Positions 8,955 through 18,127 of a stretch of DNA of 19,285 nt are shown here, piece after piece (position 1 is the first letter of the stretch; each line of letters begins with the position of its first letter). The translations under genes were made by a program, and so were the position numbers. The notes under the pieces were generated by a model, which was not told the DNA's origin, did not search any database, and saw only the letters and a program-made list of their open reading frames with translations. This DNA is from a virus (Duplodnaviria > Heunggongvirae > Uroviricota > Caudoviricetes): positions 1 to 19,285 of the IMG/VR virus record IMGVR_UViG_2639762844_000001. One strand, given 5' to 3'.

Positions 8955-10782
8955 ATTTGAGCTTAAGGCGTTGATCACCGGTGTCGACAGGCTTTCTCCC
9001 GCGCTGTCGAAAATGCAAAAGAAAATCCGGGGATTTAAACGCCAGGCGGAAGAAGCGTCACAGGGTGGGCTGGCGCTTGGTGGCGGATTGGCAGCGGGGC
9101 TGACGCTTTCCCTGAAATCTTATGCCGATCAGGAAAACGCCGCTACCGGGCTGAAAGTCGCCATGATGGATGCGAACGGCGAGGTTGGAAAGAGCTTTCA
9201 GGACATCAATAAACTGGCTATTGGCCTGGGTAACCAGCTACCCGGTACAACGGCTGATTTCCAGAACATGATGCAGATGCTGGTGCGTCAGGGGATCCCG
9301 GCAGAAAACATTCTGGGTGGTGTGGGTAAAGCGACAGCTTATCTTGCGGTACAACTGAAAAAAACACCGGAAGCGGCTGCCGAGTTTGCAGCAAAGATGC
9401 AGGATGCTACCGGAACGGCCTCAGAAGACATGATGGGGCTGTTCGACACAATTCAGAAGGCGTTTTATCTGGGCGTTGACGACACCAACATGCTGTCATT
9501 CTTCACTAAAACCAGCTCTGTTCTGAAGATGGTGAATAAGGACGGTCTTCAGGCTGCACAGAGTCTTGCCCCCATCAGTGTCATGATGGATCAGATGGGG
9601 ATGAACGGGGAGTCGGCAGGTAATGCCCTGCGAAAAGTTATCCAGTCCGGATTAAGCGTTAAGAAAATTAGGGACGTCAATAAAGTCATGGCCCGCCAGA
9701 AACTCGGGATACAACTCGATTTTACTGATGGCAAAGGGAGTTTTGGCGGTCTTGATAACATGTTCAGGCAACTGGCAAAGTTGCGAAAACTGACCGACGT
9801 TAAGCGAACAGGCGTACTTAAGGCAATATTTGGTGATGATGCCGAAACCCTTCAGGTGGTCAATGCCCTGATCGATAAAGGAAAGGATGGCTACGATCAG
9901 ATCCAGCAGAAGATGAATAAACAGGCCAGCCTGAATAAACGTGTTCAGGCTCAGCTTGGTACGCTGTCCAACCTGTGGGAGGCAATGACGGGGACCGCAA
10001 CTAACGGTCTTGCAGCTATTGGCGGCGCATTTTCTGGTGACGCTAAAAATATCACGCAATGGCTGGGGGAGTTAGGGGAAAAATTCACAAAGTTTGCGGA
10101 TGAAAATCCCCGGGTTATTCGCGGCGTCGTCGGGCTTGCTGCCGGTCTTGCGATTCTGAAGCTGGGATTGATGGGCGTGGGCAGTGCCATCAGTATTGTC
10201 AGCAGGATCATGTCGATGACGCCGATTGGCATGATTGCGACGGCGATAGCCCTGGCTGCGGGATTAATTATCACTAACTGGGATGTTGTCGGACCTTATT
10301 TTAAGAAACTCTGGGAAACCATTGGTCCTTATTTTGAGGCTGGCTGGGAACTCCTTAAGAAAGTTTTTGCCTGGTCGCCGCTGGGGATGGTGATCAATAA
10401 CTGGGGGCCGGTTGTTAAGTGGTTTCAGGATATGTGGGACAAGCTGAAGCCGATTATTGAATGGTTTACCGACAGTTCCGGTGACACGGTCGATACCATT
10501 AACTCGGCGCAGTGGGGCGCGGGTGCTTATGATGCTTATGGGACGGGAATACCGGCACGGGGATACACTCCTTATCCGGCGGTAGATCTGGCTCAGTCAA
10601 ACAACGCCTCCGATGCCACAGGCCCGAATCCCTTCATGATTAACAAAGCTTCTGCGCCAAAAGTTGATGGTGAGATCAAGGTCTCTTTTGTGAATTCGCC
10701 TCCGGGTATGCGGGTTATGGAAACGCGAACCAGCGGTTTTGATGTCAGCCATGATGTTGGCTATACGCGCTTTGGCAGGTAA
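8947..10782 (+). CDS. Tail tape measure protein, 611 aa
   Basis: Long Ala/Gly/Gln-rich largely helical protein with C-terminal hydrophobic and Trp-rich segment, immediately after the chaperone frameshift pair. Confidence 0.9.
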   Translation: MAEFELKALITGVDRLSPALSKMQKKIRGFKRQAEEASQGGLALGGGLAAGLTLSLKSYADQENAATGLKVAMMDANGEVGKSFQDINKLAIGLGNQLPGTTADFQNMMQMLVRQGIPAENILGGVGKATAYLAVQLKKTPEAAAEFAAKMQDATGTASEDMMGLFDTIQKAFYLGVDDTNMLSFFTKTSSVLKMVNKDGLQAAQSLAPISVMMDQMGMNGESAGNALRKVIQSGLSVKKIRDVNKVMARQKLGIQLDFTDGKGSFGGLDNMFRQLAKLRKLTDVKRTGVLKAIFGDDAETLQVVNALIDKGKDGYDQIQQKMNKQASLNKRVQAQLGTLSNLWEAMTGTATNGLAAIGGAFSGDAKNITQWLGELGEKFTKFADENPRVIRGVVGLAAGLAILKLGLMGVGSAISIVSRIMSMTPIGMIATAIALAAGLIITNWDVVGPYFKKLWETIGPYFEAGWELLKKVFAWSPLGMVINNWGPVVKWFQDMWDKLKPIIEWFTDSSGDTVDTINSAQWGAGAYDAYGTGIPARGYTPYPAVDLAQSNNASDATGPNPFMINKASAPKVDGEIKVSFVNSPPGMRVMETRTSGFDVSHDVGYTRFGR

Positions 10783-10806
10783 TGAAAAATTAATCTGTTA
10801 ATGAGT

Positions 10807-10829
10807 CCCACTTCGGTGGGCTTTTTTAT
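10807..10829 (+). terminator. Candidate intrinsic terminator (CCCAC-TTCG-GTGGG plus T6) between the tape measure and DNA-circulation genes
   Basis: Read directly: 5-bp GC stem with TTCG tetraloop followed by CTTTTTTAT, 25 nt after the tape measure stop and just before the SD/ATG at 10843. Confidence 0.4.
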
Positions 10830-10842
10830 ATCCGGAGTTTAT

Positions 10843-12171
10843 ATGACGTGGAAAGACAGGCTTCAGGATGCGTCATTTCGAGGTGTGCCGTTTAAGGTTG
10901 AAGAAGAAAGTGCGGGAACCGGCCGTCGTGTGGAAACACACGAATATCCGAACCGCGACAAACCCTATACCGAAGATCTGGGAAAAGTCACTTTCCGCCC
11001 GTCCATCACAGCTTATGTGGTGGGAGATGACTGCTTTGACCAGCGCGATCGCCTGATTGAAGCGCTGAATAAACCCGGTCCCGGCACGCTTGTCCACCCG
11101 ACATATGGTGAGCTGAAAGTCTGTGTTGACGGGGAAGTTCGGGTCAGCACATCGAAAAGTGAAGGGCGTATTGTCCGCTTTGACCTGAAGTTTGTCGAAG
11201 CGGGAGAACTCTCTTACCCCACATCAGGTGCGGCGACGGCGCAGACGCTGATGTCATCCTGTTCTGCACTGGATGACTGCATCAGTGAAAGTTTCAGTGG
11301 TTTCAGTATCGATGGCGTGGCAGATTTTGTGCAGAACGACGTCGTCGGTAATGCCGGCACAATGCTTGGGTATGTTTCTGATGCGATGAAAGTGGTGGAT
11401 TCTGCCGTATCGGATGCCGCCAGGCTGTTGCAGGGGGATATCTCGGTACTTCTGCCGCCGCCATCGTCAGGCAAAAATTTCGTTGAACAGGTGCAGAAAA
11501 TGTGGCGTACCGGGAAACGCCTTTATGGTAACGCCAGCGACCTGGTCACCATGATCAAAACGCTTTCCGGTGTCAGCCTCGGCAGCGATCTGCAACCGCG
11601 CGGCGTCTGGAAAACGGACAGTAAAACCACCGCTACGGCGACGCAGCAGCGTAACGTGGTTGCCAGCATCCTTCGTACGACCGCAATCAGCGAAGCGGCG
11701 TATGCCGTCACCCGATTGCCTGCGCCAACAACTTCCGCGGTGATGCAGAATGCCGCAGTGGGGCAGGCAACAACACCCGCGCAGAGCACTGGCTGGCCTT
11801 CCGTCACGCATCCGGCACTGAACAATGCACCGGCGGTGAAAAGCACGGTTGACCTGCCGACGTGGGAAGAACTGACTGACATTCGCTACACACTGAATAC
11901 GGCAATTGATAAGGAGTTGTCCCGCACAACCAGTGATGCGCTGTTTCTGGCGCTGCGCCGGGTGAAAGCAGATCTGAATGCGGATATCAACACGCGCCTT
12001 GAACAGTCTGCACGGATCATTCAGCGCACGCCGGATGAGGTTTTACCCGCACTGGTGCTGGCGGCGACCTGGTTTGATAACGCGGCGCGTGACGCGGACA
12101 TTATCCGGCGTAATGCCATTACGCATCCCGGCTTTGTGCCGGTGATCCCTCTGAAGGTGCCAGTGCAATGA
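10843..12171 (+). CDS. Mu gp43-like DNA circulation protein (tail/baseplate), 442 aa
   Basis: N-terminal MTWKDRLQDASFRGVPFKVEEESAGTGRRVETHEYPNRD... typical of the Mu DNA-circulation N-domain; position after the tape measure gene; SD GGAG before the ATG at 10843 (the ORF track starts at an upstream ATG inside the terminator). Confidence 0.75.
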   Translation: MTWKDRLQDASFRGVPFKVEEESAGTGRRVETHEYPNRDKPYTEDLGKVTFRPSITAYVVGDDCFDQRDRLIEALNKPGPGTLVHPTYGELKVCVDGEVRVSTSKSEGRIVRFDLKFVEAGELSYPTSGAATAQTLMSSCSALDDCISESFSGFSIDGVADFVQNDVVGNAGTMLGYVSDAMKVVDSAVSDAARLLQGDISVLLPPPSSGKNFVEQVQKMWRTGKRLYGNASDLVTMIKTLSGVSLGSDLQPRGVWKTDSKTTATATQQRNVVASILRTTAISEAAYAVTRLPAPTTSAVMQNAAVGQATTPAQSTGWPSVTHPALNNAPAVKSTVDLPTWEELTDIRYTLNTAIDKELSRTTSDALFLALRRVKADLNADINTRLEQSARIIQRTPDEVLPALVLAATWFDNAARDADIIRRNAITHPGFVPVIPLKVPVQ

Positions 12172-13247
12172 ACGATAACGTCACGCTACGGGTAAATGGC
12201 CGGGAGTGGAATGGCTGGACATCGGTGCGCATCGGTGCCGGTATTGAACGGCTGGCGCGGGATTTCAGCGTGGAGATCACCCGCCAGTGGCCGGGAGATG
12301 AGGGTATCACCACGCTTCAGCCGCGCATTAAAAATGGTTCAAAAGTGGAAGTGCTGATTGGTGATGAGCTGGTGATCACCGGCTGGGTGGAGGCGACCCC
12401 CGTTCGTTACGATGCCCGTTCGGTCAGCACCGGTATTGCCGGACGTAGTCTGACTGCTGACCTGATTGACTGTGCAGCCGAACCGACACAGTTTAACGGA
12501 CGATCGCTGGTACAGATTGCGCAGGCGCTTGCTGCGCCTTTCGGCATTGAGGTGGTGAACAGCGATGCGCCGTCGGGTGTTATTCCGGATGTCCAGCCTG
12601 ATCACGGTGAAACGGTGATCGAGGTGATCAACAAAATACTCGGTCAGCAGCAGGCGCTGGCTTATGACGACCCGCACGGCAGGCTGGTGATTGGTGGTAT
12701 TGGCTCAACGCGGGCACATACCGCGCTGGTACTTGGGGAAAACATCCTTTCCTGTGATACGGAGAAGAGTATCCGGGAGCGGTTTTCAGTTTACCAGGTG
12801 GCGGGGCAGCGTGCCGGAAACGACGATGATTTCGGTGAGGCCACCACCACCGCGCTGCGGGCCCGCACAGAGGATGCATTTATTGCCCGTTACCGTCCGA
12901 TGTATATCAGGCAGACAGGGCAGGCTACGGGGGCAGGCTGTATTGCGCGTGCTGACTTTGAAGCCCGACAACGGGCGGCGCGGACGGATGAAACCACCTA
13001 TGTGGTGCAGGGCTGGCGACAGGGTAACGGTACGCTGTGGCAGCCCAACCAGCGGGTGATTGTCTTCGATCCGGTCTGTGGTTTCGACAATACCGAACTG
13101 CTTGTCTCGGAAGTCACGTTTACTCAGGACCAGAATGGCACCCTGACGGAAATCCGTGTCGGCCCACCTGATGCTTATCTGCCTGAACCCGAAGCCCCCG
13201 GCGCGCGGAAAAAGAAAAAAGCCAGAGTACAGGAGGACCCGTTCTGA
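12168..13247 (+). CDS. Mu gp44 (P)-like baseplate hub protein, 359 aa
   Basis: Gene order and size match the Mu/SfV/e14 tail module; start overlaps the previous stop (ATGA). Confidence 0.7.
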   Translation: MNDNVTLRVNGREWNGWTSVRIGAGIERLARDFSVEITRQWPGDEGITTLQPRIKNGSKVEVLIGDELVITGWVEATPVRYDARSVSTGIAGRSLTADLIDCAAEPTQFNGRSLVQIAQALAAPFGIEVVNSDAPSGVIPDVQPDHGETVIEVINKILGQQQALAYDDPHGRLVIGGIGSTRAHTALVLGENILSCDTEKSIRERFSVYQVAGQRAGNDDDFGEATTTALRARTEDAFIARYRPMYIRQTGQATGAGCIARADFEARQRAARTDETTYVVQGWRQGNGTLWQPNQRVIVFDPVCGFDNTELLVSEVTFTQDQNGTLTEIRVGPPDAYLPEPEAPGARKKKKARVQEDPF

Positions 13248-13795
13248 TGAAGGCGATTGAAACCATACAGCGACAACTCCTCGGCCTGATTGGGCGGGCG
13301 GTGGTGAAAAGCATCAGTGCCGCCACGAAATGTCAGACCGTGGATGTATCCCTGATTGCCGGTGAACCCAAAGCCGGGGTTGAACATCTTGAACCCTACG
13401 GTTTTACCGCAAGGGCAAACAGCGGTGCGGAAGCGGTGGTGTTGTTTCCGGATGGTGACCGTTCTCATGCGGTGGTTGTTACGGTGTCGGACCGGCGCTA
13501 CCGCCTGAAAGGGCTGCAGACGGGTGAGGTGGCTGTCTATGACGATCAGGGGCAGTCCGTGACGCTGACCCGGGAGGGGATCGTGGTGGACGGTGCAGGT
13601 AAAACGATCACGTTTCGCAATTCACCTAAAGCACGTTTTGAAATGGACCTGGAAGTGACAGGACAGGTGAAAGACCTGTGCGACTCCAGCGGCACCACCA
13701 TGTCAGCGATGCGGCTTGCCTATAACGGGCATCGTCACAGAGAGAACGGTCAGGGCAGTAACACCGACAAACCTGATAAAGCGATGGAGGCATGA
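13247..13795 (+). CDS. Baseplate assembly protein V-like (Mu gp45-like spike), 182 aa
   Basis: Size and order; translationally coupled (TGATGA) to the hub gene. Confidence 0.7.
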   Translation: MKAIETIQRQLLGLIGRAVVKSISAATKCQTVDVSLIAGEPKAGVEHLEPYGFTARANSGAEAVVLFPDGDRSHAVVVTVSDRRYRLKGLQTGEVAVYDDQGQSVTLTREGIVVDGAGKTITFRNSPKARFEMDLEVTGQVKDLCDSSGTTMSAMRLAYNGHRHRENGQGSNTDKPDKAMEA

Positions 13796-14220
13796 TGGAA
13801 CTGTGGCTGACGGTGAACGGTAAACGCACCTGCGCCAGCGCACCGCTGGATCCGCTGACCCGCGCCGTGGTGATTTCCCTGTTTACCTGGCGGCGGGCGG
13901 AGCCTGATGACAACGCCGACGTCCCGATGGGATGGTGGGGGGATACCTGGCCTGCGGTACAGAATGACCGTTACGGCTCCCGACTGTGGCTGCTTCAGCG
14001 CAGCAAACTGACCAATCAGCTGGTGCTGACGGTAAGGGGGTATATCCGCGAATGCCTGCAATGGATGATTGATGACGGCGTGGTGTCCCGTATTGATCTG
14101 GATATCCGCCGCACCGGGATTAATGAACTGGGTAACAGTATCACTCTCTGGCGTCGTGACGGACCGGTAATGATTTCTTTTGATGATCTGTGGAGTGCGA
14201 TAACGCATGGCGGACAGTGA
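13792..14220 (+). CDS. Mu gp46-like baseplate protein, 142 aa
   Basis: Size and order in the Mu-like baseplate cluster; start overlaps the upstream stop. Confidence 0.65.
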   Translation: MMELWLTVNGKRTCASAPLDPLTRAVVISLFTWRRAEPDDNADVPMGWWGDTWPAVQNDRYGSRLWLLQRSKLTNQLVLTVRGYIRECLQWMIDDGVVSRIDLDIRRTGINELGNSITLWRRDGPVMISFDDLWSAITHGGQ

Positions 14221-15265
14221 ATTTCAGCGCCCGACGCTGGCTGAAAATATCAGTATGCTCCGTAACGATTTATTCGCCAGGCTGGACGTCAGCGACACGC
14301 TCCGGCGCATGGATGAAGACGTGCGGGCAAAGGTGTATGCGGCGGCGCTGCATACGGTTTACGGGTACATCGATTATCTGGCAATGAACATGCTGCCTGA
14401 CCTGTGCGATGAGTCCTGGCTGGCGCGACATGCTGCGATGAAACGGTGTCCGCGCAAGGGGGCCACGGCTGCCAGCGGGTATATGCGCTGGGAAGGTGTC
14501 AGCGATGGCCTGAAGGTGACCGCCGGGAGTGTTATTCAGCGCGATGACCTGGTTCAGTATACTGCAACTGCCGATGCAACCAGCTCCGGTGGTGTCCTGC
14601 GCGTGCCGATCGCCTGCTCAAATGCAGGCGCGGTCGGTAACGCTGACGACGGTACGGCATTAATCCTGGTCACGCCGGTGAATGGTCTGCCGTCTTCCGG
14701 TGTGGCTGACACCCTGACAGGCGGATTTGATACTGAAGAGCTGGAAACGTGGCGCGCCCGCGTCATTGAGCGGTATTACTGGACGCCGCAGGGCGGGGCT
14801 GACGGGGACTATGTCGTATGGGCTAAAGAAGTGCCCGGCATTACCCGCGCATGGACATACCGTCACTGGATGGGAACGGGAACTGTCGGTGTGATGATTG
14901 CCAGCAGTGACCTGATTAATCCCATTCCGGAAGAATCAACGGAAACGGCGGCAAGACAACATATCGGGCCACTGGCCCCGGTGGCAGGCTCTGATTTGTA
15001 TGTGTTCAGGCCGGTGGCACATACGGTGGATTTTCATATCCGCGTGACGCCGGACACACCGGAAATACGGGCTGCCATCACCGCGGAGTTGCGTTCGTTC
15101 CTGCTGCGTGATGGTTATCCGCAGGGAGAACTGAAGGTATCGCGTATCAGTGAGGCGATTTCCGGTGCGAACGGGGAATACAGCCATCAGTTGCTTGCAC
15201 CGGCAGACAATATCTCCATTGCAAAAAATGAACTGGCGGTACTGGGGACGATTTCATGGACGTGA
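14207..15265 (+). CDS. Baseplate J-like protein (Mu gp47-like), 352 aa
   Basis: Size and order; overlapping start. Confidence 0.75.
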   Translation: MADSEFQRPTLAENISMLRNDLFARLDVSDTLRRMDEDVRAKVYAAALHTVYGYIDYLAMNMLPDLCDESWLARHAAMKRCPRKGATAASGYMRWEGVSDGLKVTAGSVIQRDDLVQYTATADATSSGGVLRVPIACSNAGAVGNADDGTALILVTPVNGLPSSGVADTLTGGFDTEELETWRARVIERYYWTPQGGADGDYVVWAKEVPGITRAWTYRHWMGTGTVGVMIASSDLINPIPEESTETAARQHIGPLAPVAGSDLYVFRPVAHTVDFHIRVTPDTPEIRAAITAELRSFLLRDGYPQGELKVSRISEAISGANGEYSHQLLAPADNISIAKNELAVLGTISWT

Positions 15266-15840
15266 CAAACGATGATTACATCCGTCTGTTGTCGGCACTG
15301 TTGCCCCCCGGTCCGGCGTGGTCAGCCAGCGATCCGGCGATTGCCGGTGCGGCACCGTCATTAACCCGCGTTCATCAGCGTGCGGATGCCCTGATGCGGG
15401 AGCTGGATCCGCGCACCACCACTGAACTGATAAACCGCTGGGAGCGTCTGTGCGGTCTGCCGGATGAATGTATTCCCGCAGGGACACAGACCCTTCGCCA
15501 GCGTCAGCAACGGCTGGATGCGAAGGTTAACCTGGCGGGCGGCATCAACGAGAATTTTTATCTTGCACAGCTTGCTGCCCTGGGCAGACCAGACGCTACC
15601 ATCACGCGATACGACAAAAGCACGTTCACCTGCTCATCGGCCTGTACTGACGCGGTGAATGCGCCGGAATGGCGGTATTACTGGCAGGTCAACATGCCAG
15701 CCGCCACAAACACCACCTGGATGACATGTGGCGATCCCTGTGATTCCGCGCTGCGTATCTGGGGCGACACCGTTGTCGAATGTGTGCTTAACAAACTCTG
15801 CCCGTCGCATACCTACGTAATTTTTAAATATCCGGAGTAA
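15256..15840 (+). CDS. Mu gp48-like tail protein (YmfQ/DUF2313-like), 194 aa
   Basis: Size and order; Cys-rich C-terminus; directly precedes the tail fibre gene. Confidence 0.7.
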   Translation: MDVTNDDYIRLLSALLPPGPAWSASDPAIAGAAPSLTRVHQRADALMRELDPRTTTELINRWERLCGLPDECIPAGTQTLRQRQQRLDAKVNLAGGINENFYLAQLAALGRPDATITRYDKSTFTCSSACTDAVNAPEWRYYWQVNMPAATNTTWMTCGDPCDSALRIWGDTVVECVLNKLCPSHTYVIFKYPE

Positions 15841-15843
15841 TCC

Positions 15844-16767
15844 ATGCATCGTATAGACACGAAAACCGCGCAGAAGGATAAGTTCGGCGCGGGTAAGAAC
15901 GGTTTTACCCGTGGTAACCCCCAGACTGGCACACCTGCCACCGATCTGGATGATGACTACTTTGATATGTTGCAGGAGGAGCTTTGCAGCGTGGTGGAGG
16001 CATCCGGTGCCAGCCTGGAGAAGGGGCGGCACGATCAGTTGCTTACCGCACTTCGCGCGCTGCTGTTAAGCCGCAAGAATCCGTTTGGCGATATCAAATC
16101 GGATGGCACTGTGCAAACGGCTCTCGAAAACCTTGGTTTGGGAGAAGCCACATTTGGCGCTCAAAATTGCGCTGTATTTGATAATGCAGGCGTCAGCACC
16201 TGGAATGTTCCTGACATAGTGAAAAAGGGCCGACGCGTCAGGGTGAAGGTTATCGGCGGTGGCGGGTCTGGCGGTTACCCGTCGATAAGCTCAACGAACG
16301 CTGCCGGTGGCGGCGGCGGTGGCGGCGGTGGTGTGAGCGAGTCCGTCATTGACTTAACAGGTATTGACACCGTCACAATCACTGTAGGCAGTGGTGGAAA
16401 AGGTCAAAATACGTCAGCAAGAAACGGAAATCCTGGTGGCACCAGTAGTTTTGGCACATATCTCTCGGCAACAGGCGGATATGGTGGAGGTCAGATATCC
16501 GGAGGAGTGGGGGGAGAAGGTGTGGGGGGGCAGATAAATACGTCTCTTGGCCCAGGCTCTCCTGGTGCATCAATGATAGCAGGCACTGATTCGGCTGTCG
16601 GAGGTAGTGGCGGTGGTCCTGGCGGGCATGGACAGGTTTTAGATTCGGCGGGGAATGTTGGCAGTAATGCAAAAGGTCCTGGCGGTGGTGGCGCTGGGTT
16701 GGCAACGAAAAAGACTGGCGGAGTTACTGGTGCTGGTCATAGCGGGATTGTAATTATTTATTGGTGA
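15844..16767 (+). CDS. Tail fibre protein with conserved N-terminal anchor and glycine-rich C-terminal region, 307 aa
   Basis: N-terminus [40 protein letters not shown]... resembles side tail fibre N-domains; the C-terminal half is Gly-rich (G9 run encoded by a GGN repeat near 16305-16332). Confidence 0.7.
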   Translation: MHRIDTKTAQKDKFGAGKNGFTRGNPQTGTPATDLDDDYFDMLQEELCSVVEASGASLEKGRHDQLLTALRALLLSRKNPFGDIKSDGTVQTALENLGLGEATFGAQNCAVFDNAGVSTWNVPDIVKKGRRVRVKVIGGGGSGGYPSISSTNAAGGGGGGGGGVSESVIDLTGIDTVTITVGSGGKGQNTSARNGNPGGTSSFGTYLSATGGYGGGQISGGVGGEGVGGQINTSLGPGSPGASMIAGTDSAVGGSGGGPGGHGQVLDSAGNVGSNAKGPGGGGAGLATKKTGGVTGAGHSGIVIIYW

Positions 16768-16777
16768 GGTATAAATT

Positions 16778-16945
16778 ATGTGGGCACGAATTGAAAACAA
16801 CGTGGTAATGGAGTTAACTGATATAGACCCAACGGGTAGATATCATGACTCGTTAATCTGGGTTGAATGCCCTCCTGACACTCAGCGTGGCTATATATAC
16901 AATAGCGGCGAATTTACGCCTCCACCGGAGGTGGCAGCCAGTTGA
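16778..16945 (+). CDS. Small ORF (55 aa) downstream of the tail fibre; possible tail fibre assembly or accessory protein, or remnant
   Basis: ATG 11 nt after the fibre stop; phage-like GC content. Below the 60-aa cutoff of the ORF track; identity not recognised. Confidence 0.35.
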   Translation: MWARIENNVVMELTDIDPTGRYHDSLIWVECPPDTQRGYIYNSGEFTPPPEVAAS

Positions 16946-17258
16946 TATCGAAGGCATTCAGAATGTTATGCCACGTTAAAAATTCTGCAGATTCATCACA
17001 TTATTCAGTCATTCTTCAAAGTAAATGGCTAATTACGACAATGTTAAATTTCAGCTTTGAAGTGCCATTGGCTATCTTTCTTGCATATTCATCAGTAAGT
17101 AGCTTCAATAGACTGCCTTCACATTCTGGAAGGCATATTTTGCTTTGGTCATCTTTCTGAATTTCCAGACACCTGACTCGATAGTGTCGAGATACTATCT
17201 TTACTCGTGAGAGTTAGGTTGGACCAGATTGCTTTATCGAAACTAAAGGATTGAGACA

Positions 17259-17297
17259 AGTGTCATTCTTTTTTAAGTCTTTTACCTGAATGACACT
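17259..17297. repeat. Perfect 10-bp inverted repeat (AGTGTCATTC / GAATGACACT) with 19-nt T-rich spacer, 50-90 nt downstream of the minus-strand cargo gene
   Basis: Read directly; may be a terminator or a binding site at the 3' side of the AT-rich gene. Confidence 0.4.
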
Positions 17298-17346
17298 AAA
17301 TCTTTAATACTACTGATAATTTCCTTTAGATATTCTTGTCGAGTGG

Positions 17347-17934
17347 TTATCTAAATGTTTTGATATACTTGAGATAATATCTGTGTCTGAAGTTGAACAA
17401 TACATCTCCCGGGTAAATATTACCATTGCTCTCAACGAGTCCTTTGTTTTCTTTCGAGGTGAAAGATATCGTTCTTTTTATTTTTAACTCATTAAATTTC
17501 ATTACATCCATGTAACTTCCATCTCTATCACACATTTTAAAAACAACTCTATCAAGGCCATGTGATGATATAAAAGATTGAAGTCTTTTTATTCTTCTAT
17601 TCCATTTATCCATGGCTTCTGCCCTTGAGTTATAATGCATAAAGTATATTTTTACTCCATCCACAAATGCAACGGGGAAATTATGCTCTGTATTAATGAA
17701 ATCGCTTTCAACAATGTCTCTTGATAAAAAATGCTCCAAATTAATACACATTTCAACAAAATCAGATGCTGTGATGTACAGGCCGATAAAGGGAGTATTA
17801 TATTCAAGTCCTATATTTTTATATAGTCTATAGCCCCAGCAGTTATTGGATACAATAGCGAAAGGACGGGTTATTAAAATTTTGTCCAGAAAGTCAAATA
17901 ATCCAGTTTTGTGCAATATCTTATCTACCAACAT
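17347..17934 (-). CDS. AT-rich integrase-proximal cargo gene, 195-aa soluble protein of unknown function; tentative resemblance to DUF1919 proteins of polysaccharide loci
   Basis: About 33 percent GC inside a roughly 50-55 percent GC prophage; SD AAGGA 7 nt before the ATG; co-oriented with intS 193 bp downstream of it, in the slot that holds gtrABS in K-12 KplE1. The motif SNNCWGY...GLEYNTPFIGLY matches my recollection of the DUF1919 hallmark; not verified. Confidence 0.65.
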   Translation of the reverse strand: MLVDKILHKTGLFDFLDKILITRPFAIVSNNCWGYRLYKNIGLEYNTPFIGLYITASDFVEMCINLEHFLSRDIVESDFINTEHNFPVAFVDGVKIYFMHYNSRAEAMDKWNRRIKRLQSFISSHGLDRVVFKMCDRDGSYMDVMKFNELKIKRTISFTSKENKGLVESNGNIYPGDVLFNFRHRYYLKYIKTFR

Positions 17935-18127
17935 GTCATAATCCTTATGTTGTTTTATAGTGTATAATGTGAGTTTGTTATTTTTTAAATTGCAATTAAA
18001 TATTAGATAAATTTAATTGTCGTACATATAGAATATTATATGAATAAACCCAAAAAAACAACCAACCTAAAGGCTTTACTCTCGCCATATTATGTGAGTT
18101 GGATAATTGTACGGCGATATAGGTGGA

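Noticed and set aside
8655-15487. Numerous minus-strand and alternative-frame ORFs inside the tail module (for example 8655-8978, 9652-10274, 10873-11097, 11214-11882, 12339-12971, 13120-13468, 13626-14208, 14554-15187, 15254-15487, 15634-16032, 16379-16705)
   Set aside because: High-GC coding DNA generates long antisense open frames; all lie within the co-oriented, translationally coupled plus-strand tail genes.
16942-17160. 72-aa TTG-start ORF in the AT-rich junction
   Set aside because: No ATG start or Shine-Dalgarno, atypical composition, overlaps palindromic sequence; most likely a chance ORF in AT-rich DNA.
15844-17346. Tail-fibre DNA inversion system of the Gin/Pin type
   Set aside because: Looked for an invertase gene and inverted crossover sites flanking the fibre C-terminus; none present in the window.
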